Shown: piece by piece, positions 60,001 through 64,000 of the stretch
How positions within the stretch are numbered: the stretch's first letter is position 1
Layout of the letters: each line of letters starts with the position of its first letter
Assembly: GCA_965112155.1 (NCBI GenBank)
Contig: OZ218099.1
Direction: 5' to 3' (one strand)
Source: Podarcis liolepis
Lineage: Eukaryota
Length of the DNA stretch: 64,000 nucleotides
Notes under the pieces: model-generated
Database searches by the model: none
Seen by the model: only the letters and a program-made list of their open reading frames with translations
What the model was told of the DNA's origin: nothing
Program-made: the position numbers and the translations under genes

Positions 60001-61064
60001 GTCTCTGGTAGAGTAGTGTTCAAGCACTGCAGGAAACATGTTCCCTGGCCATCAATCTTGCTTCTACGACCATCAGCAAGATAAATTGAGTCTTTTCCAT
60101 CAGCTGGCTTCTCCAGGGTCTTAAAGTCCTCCCGACTATTGCAGATAATCCTGCTGCTGCCAGAGTCCAGCAACCATGTTCCTCGAGGTATCTTTCTCTC
60201 CTCCCAAGAAAATGCAGACACAAACTGAGCAGAACGCGTGTTCTTCTTCCCTGAAGAGAACCCCTTCTGCTTACGTTTCTGCGTTGATTGCTGTCTCTGC
60301 TCCACGTCGTCTCCTGGAAGTCCTGCCCTGCATTGACGTTGGAGATGCCCGGGTTGGTTGCATCTATAGCATCTCCTCACCGCCATGGCCAAGTCCAAAC
60401 CTTGGTGTTGCTCCATTGGCAGATTCTGCTGCTGGCCCCCTCGGCTGTAACTCCTCCGCTCTTGGAGTTCAGCCTGTCTATCTGACCTTCTTTCTGCTTC
60501 TTCGGTCAATCTGCCAACCACATACTCAAGGGTCAGATCTCGGGGACGCATACTCTCCATGCTGTTAATCACAGGCAACCAGCTTTCAGGCAAACTTGAA
60601 AGGATAATGTATGTTTGGTCAGTCTCATCATAATGCTTACCTCTCTGCTGTAGTTGAAGAAACAGAGATTTCAGCGTTTGAAGATGAGTTGCCAAACTCT
60701 CACCTTCTTTCATAACAGTCCTGAACAGCCTTCTGGTCAGAGAAATGATAGTTCCAGCAGTTTCTCTGACATGCATTGCCCTTAATAAATTCCAGCACTC
60801 AAACGCTGTGCTGGCATTTGCTATATGCAATAACTGAGAGTTGCTCAAACACAGCATAATTTGGGCACGGGCCCTTTCATCTAGCCGTTTTTTCTCAGCA
60901 GTGTCCCGTCTCAAAACCTCAGTTTCAACACAGTCCCGTAGTCCATCTCTCCTTAACAACTGCTGCATTTTAATTGACCAACTCAGCCAGTTGCTTTCTG
61001 AGAGAAGTTCAAAAGGGATGCCTCCCCCAATATTTACAACTTGGGAAGACTGGAAATCTGCCAT
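57095..61064 (-). CDS. Copia gag-pol polyprotein (about 1322 aa if the single +1 frameshift at 57742-57747 is removed)
   Basis: First ATG at 61064 in strong Kozak context (gagATGG). Motifs: gag NWLSWSIKM, CCHC knuckle CYRCNQPGHLQRQC, protease LLDSGSS, integrase HRKLGH...CNVC and D(HCDVIGP)-D(TDRGGEF)-E(NGLCER), GKGW, RT ARLVARGFTQ / YGLKQS / FVDD, RNase H DADWG / EAEY / ADLFTK. Split between ORF-track entries 57660..61214 and 57095..57784. Confidence 0.92.
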
Positions 61065-61456
61065 CTCTGCTGGTGCTTGCTGAGCCCCTTCTGTGGGGTC
61101 TCCAGCAATCTCTCCTGACTCTCTCTTTAGAGTCCAACTGGATGGTCCTGGCTGGCACTCACCGGCTTCTAGCTGCTGCCTCTGTTGACCCTCAGGTCCC
61201 GCCTGGCTCTGCAACTGGTGTAGCCGCTCTGTGAGTCGCCTACTGTGGTCCTCTAGCAGTTCAAACTGTTCCAGTAGCCGATGCTGAGTGCTTTCCTGAT
61301 CCTCAGATCCTAGCCGCTCCAGCGTCGCTGCAGACAGTTACAGCTTGCCACCAACTGCTCCAACGCACAGCCACTGTCTCCGTACACCACCAGGACTCAC
61401 CAGCTCCTTGCTGAAATGCTGTTAGTCGTTTTGCACTCTGCACATGCTCAGAAACA

Positions 61457-61470
61457 CTGGGCCCATAACC
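61457..61470 (-). other. Primer-binding site complementary to the anticodon stem-loop of initiator tRNA-Met
   Basis: Minus-strand GGTTATGGGCCCAG directly after the 5' LTR is the reverse complement of tRNAiMet CTGGGCCCATAACC. Confidence 0.92.
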
Positions 61471-61770
61471 TGTCAGTGTTTGTAAAAAGCAAAAAAAAGA
61501 AGGAAAGGGTTCTGACCTCCCTTTATCTTCTCAGTCTCCTTGTCGGCACAAAAAGAGTCCACGGGAATATCCTTGCAGAGTTTTATTAAAAGTCTTTGTG
61601 CAAAACACAACTGAATAACTATACACACCAGCACCAACCAACCCAAACACCAGCCACACCAACAAACTAACATCTCTCACTTATATATATACAGATTGAT
61701 GCAGACCGCTGAGTCATGCTGACCCAGCTTTATTCGCATTAAAGAAACAGCGGCCATTTTAGCCGTGACA
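61471..61770 (-). repeat. Copia 5' LTR (promoter)
   Basis: Minus-strand TATATAA (61681-61687), ATGACTCAGC (61708-61717), AAAATGGCCG (61751-61760), AATAAA (61582-61587). Confidence 0.96.
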
Positions 61771-62908
61771 AAACACTCCTGCAAATGATCTCAGTGACTG
61801 AGCAGGGATATTTAGGTGGGCAGTAAGGTAGACTGGACCTAAGTTGTTCTAGGCTTTGCAAATCAGTACATAGACCTGGAACCTGGCTCAGTAGTAGATG
61901 GGCATTGGCCTAATATTCATGACATCCTTCCCATGCCATTTTAGTTGTGTGAATTAGTAGTGACTGACACTTCATGGTGTCTCACCTCCTAACAGACTCC
62001 ATTCTGATGGTCCAAGGAACAATGCACAATGGATGTAGTACCAAGGGAGATGTCTCCCCTGAGTATCCTACACAGTGTAGCCAAAGCCATCTCTAAGGAA
62101 GATCTATATCTTTCCGAAAAGATGCCTAAAAAGAAAAAGAGAGAGCAATAATTCCACCAAATACTGAACAAGTGTTGATGCCTTTGTTGATAGGCGATGA
62201 ACTGGTAGTCTTCGGTACAGTGTACTGTACCTTGTTTTCTCATGTGTTCTGCTTTAAGGCACATGAGATGTTCATATAGCCCAAATTATTTTGACTAGTC
62301 TGTAGGAAGTGTTAGATTTGGAAGATTAGTATTGATCTAGTTTGTTCCCCAGCAACACTGCAGTTGCAGCAATTCTATGAATAGGAAAGAAAGCAAAGGT
62401 CATATCGTGTGATTGTTTGACTCTAAATATAAGATCTTACCCTTCATGCCTTTGAGTTCTCATTTTTGTTGCCAATACAATGATACCTTCAAAAGACGAA
62501 TGCACTATGGTGATTTGTAGGTTGATCTGTCACATGAGCTGTTTGTTTCATGCTCTATGTACAGCATTTATACTGCTATCTTGTTGAGCTAGTAAGCAGT
62601 TTCTATTTTGGTCTCCTGGTCTCTTGACATCACCATCTCTTAGCCTTTCGCTTCCTGTGTAACTCTCTCACAATGAGATTATTTTGCTAATCCCCCAGAT
62701 AGCAGCATATTCCCCGCCCTTTATTCCCTAAAACTTTCCAATGTACCTTGAGTGCAGATCCTGAAATCAAGGAGATTCCGGCCAGCCACAGGATCTGCTT
62801 CCCCCCACTCCTTTGCTTTGCCTTTCTGTGCTCCAAATTAGCATATATATTCCATTAATTGAATTCCAAATTGATTTCCATTCTTTTTTAAGCATTACAT
62901 AAAAGAAT

Positions 62909-62993
62909 GTGGAAGACAGGAGTGCCTGGCGTGCTCTGGTCCATGGGGTAACAAAGAGCCAGACACGGCAAAACGACTAAACAACAACAACAA
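62909..62993 (+). mobile_element. Bov-B (RTE) 3'-end retrocopy with (CAA)n tail
   Basis: gtggaagacaggagtgcctggcgtgctctggtccatgggg...gactaaacaacaacaa; TSD ACATAAAAGAAT (62897-62908 and 62994-63005). Confidence 0.85.
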
Positions 62994-63088
62994 ACATAAA
63001 AGAATAAACAGTTTATTCTGAACGCAACACTTTGCTGCATTTATCTTCACTTGCCAGGGCTGGTGTGTGCCCATCGGAGAGATGGACA

Positions 63089-63670
63089 CAATAGGAGTAT
63101 AGCATCTAGATCAAGGGAAGTAATAGTGCCACTGTATTCTGCTCTGGTCAGACCTCACCTGGAGTACTGTGTCCAGTTCTGGGCACCACAGTTCAAGAAG
63201 GACACTGACAAACTGGAATGTGTCCAGAGGATGGCAACCAAAATGGTCAAAGTCCTGGAAACGATGCCTTATGAGGAACGGCTAAGGGAGCTGGGCATGT
63301 TTAGCCTGGAGAAGAGGAGGTTAAGGGGTGATATGATAGCCATGTTCAAATATATAAAAGGATGTCACATAGAGGAGGGAGAAAGGTTGTTTTCTGCTGC
63401 TCCAGAGAAGCGGACACGGAGCAATGGATCCAAACTACAAGAAAGAAGATTCCACCTAAACATTAGGAAGAACTTCCTGACAGTAAGAGCTGTTCGACAG
63501 TGGAATTTGCTGCCAAGGAGTGTGATGGAGTCTCCTTCTTTGGAGGTCTTTAAGCAGAGGCTTGACAACCATATGTCAGGAGTGCTCTGATGGTGTTTCC
63601 TGCTTGGCAGGGGGTTGGACTCGATGGCCCTTGTGGTCTCTTCCAACTCTATGATTCTATGATTCTATGA
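63089..63670 (+). mobile_element. Young CR1 LINE, 5'-truncated (ORF2 C-terminus, 3'UTR and octamer tail)
   Basis: Uninterrupted peptide [28 protein letters not shown]...RLRGDMI...[15 protein letters not shown]; (ATTCTATG)n tail. Confidence 0.93.
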
Positions 63671-64000
63671 GGACCATCTCTGGAATGAATATACCTACCT
63701 CGCAGGGGTTGCAGCAACAATGAGGTTCTCAGAATCTTAGGCAGGAGCTGATACTCTGAATGCAACAGGTGGTAGGTTCTGCTCTAGCGATCAGGTGGTC
63801 AGGCTCTTGGCAGTTAGTCCAATCTAAAGACCTAATACAGTGGCTATTGTTGGCATCTCTAGTTGCTCTGAGATGAAGCTGTAGGCTTGAATCCTGAACA
63901 CTTCACTAGCCTGAAGGCCTCAAGACAAGCCTTTATTCAAGGAAGCCCAAGACATTTTGGCCCTTGAGGCAAACCACAAAATGGTGCCCCACACCAACCT

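Larger units (their letters stand above)
56741..61770 (-). mobile_element. Full-length Ty1/copia LTR retrotransposon (5030 bp)
   Basis: Identical 300-bp LTRs with TG...CA ends; TSD AAACA (56736-56740 and 61771-61775); PBS and PPT; copia domain order gag-PR-IN-RT-RH. Confidence 0.97.

Noticed and set aside
57297-61234. Plus-strand ORFs antisense to copia pol
   Set aside because: Typical shadow ORFs of a long coding frame, with no independent motifs.
63051-63590. 179-aa ORF as a host gene
   Set aside because: It is the C-terminus of CR1 ORF2 in a 5'-truncated LINE with a typical octamer tail.

Overview
Vertebrate genomic DNA. The SINE/LINE content (Sauria SINE, Bov-B tails, tRNA-CR1 SINEs) points to a squamate, probably a lacertid lizard; this is inference. 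On the + strand are the last 13 coding exons of the histone demethylase KDM3B (822-13467, intact JmjC domain) and a complete 8-exon REEP2 gene (CDS 19021-35383, 266 aa) with a CpG-island promoter. In amniote synteny EGR1 follows REEP2, so about 40-64 kb is probably the REEP2-EGR1 intergenic region; EGR1 itself is not in the window. The most notable object is a full-length 5030-bp Ty1/copia LTR retrotransposon on the minus strand (56741-61770). It has identical 300-bp LTRs, a 5-bp TSD, and a primer-binding site matching the anticodon arm of initiator tRNA-Met (half-tRNA priming). Its single gag-pol frame is broken by one extra A in a homopolymer and carries an apparent RNase H catalytic Asp-to-Ala change. 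Also present are three solo LTRs with TSDs, hAT and Tc1/mariner MITEs (two carrying CpG-rich promoter-like interiors), RTE, CR1, L2 and Bov-B fragments, a pre-miRNA-sized hairpin and candidate enhancer motif clusters. No wholly new multi-gene system could be supported from the sequence alone.
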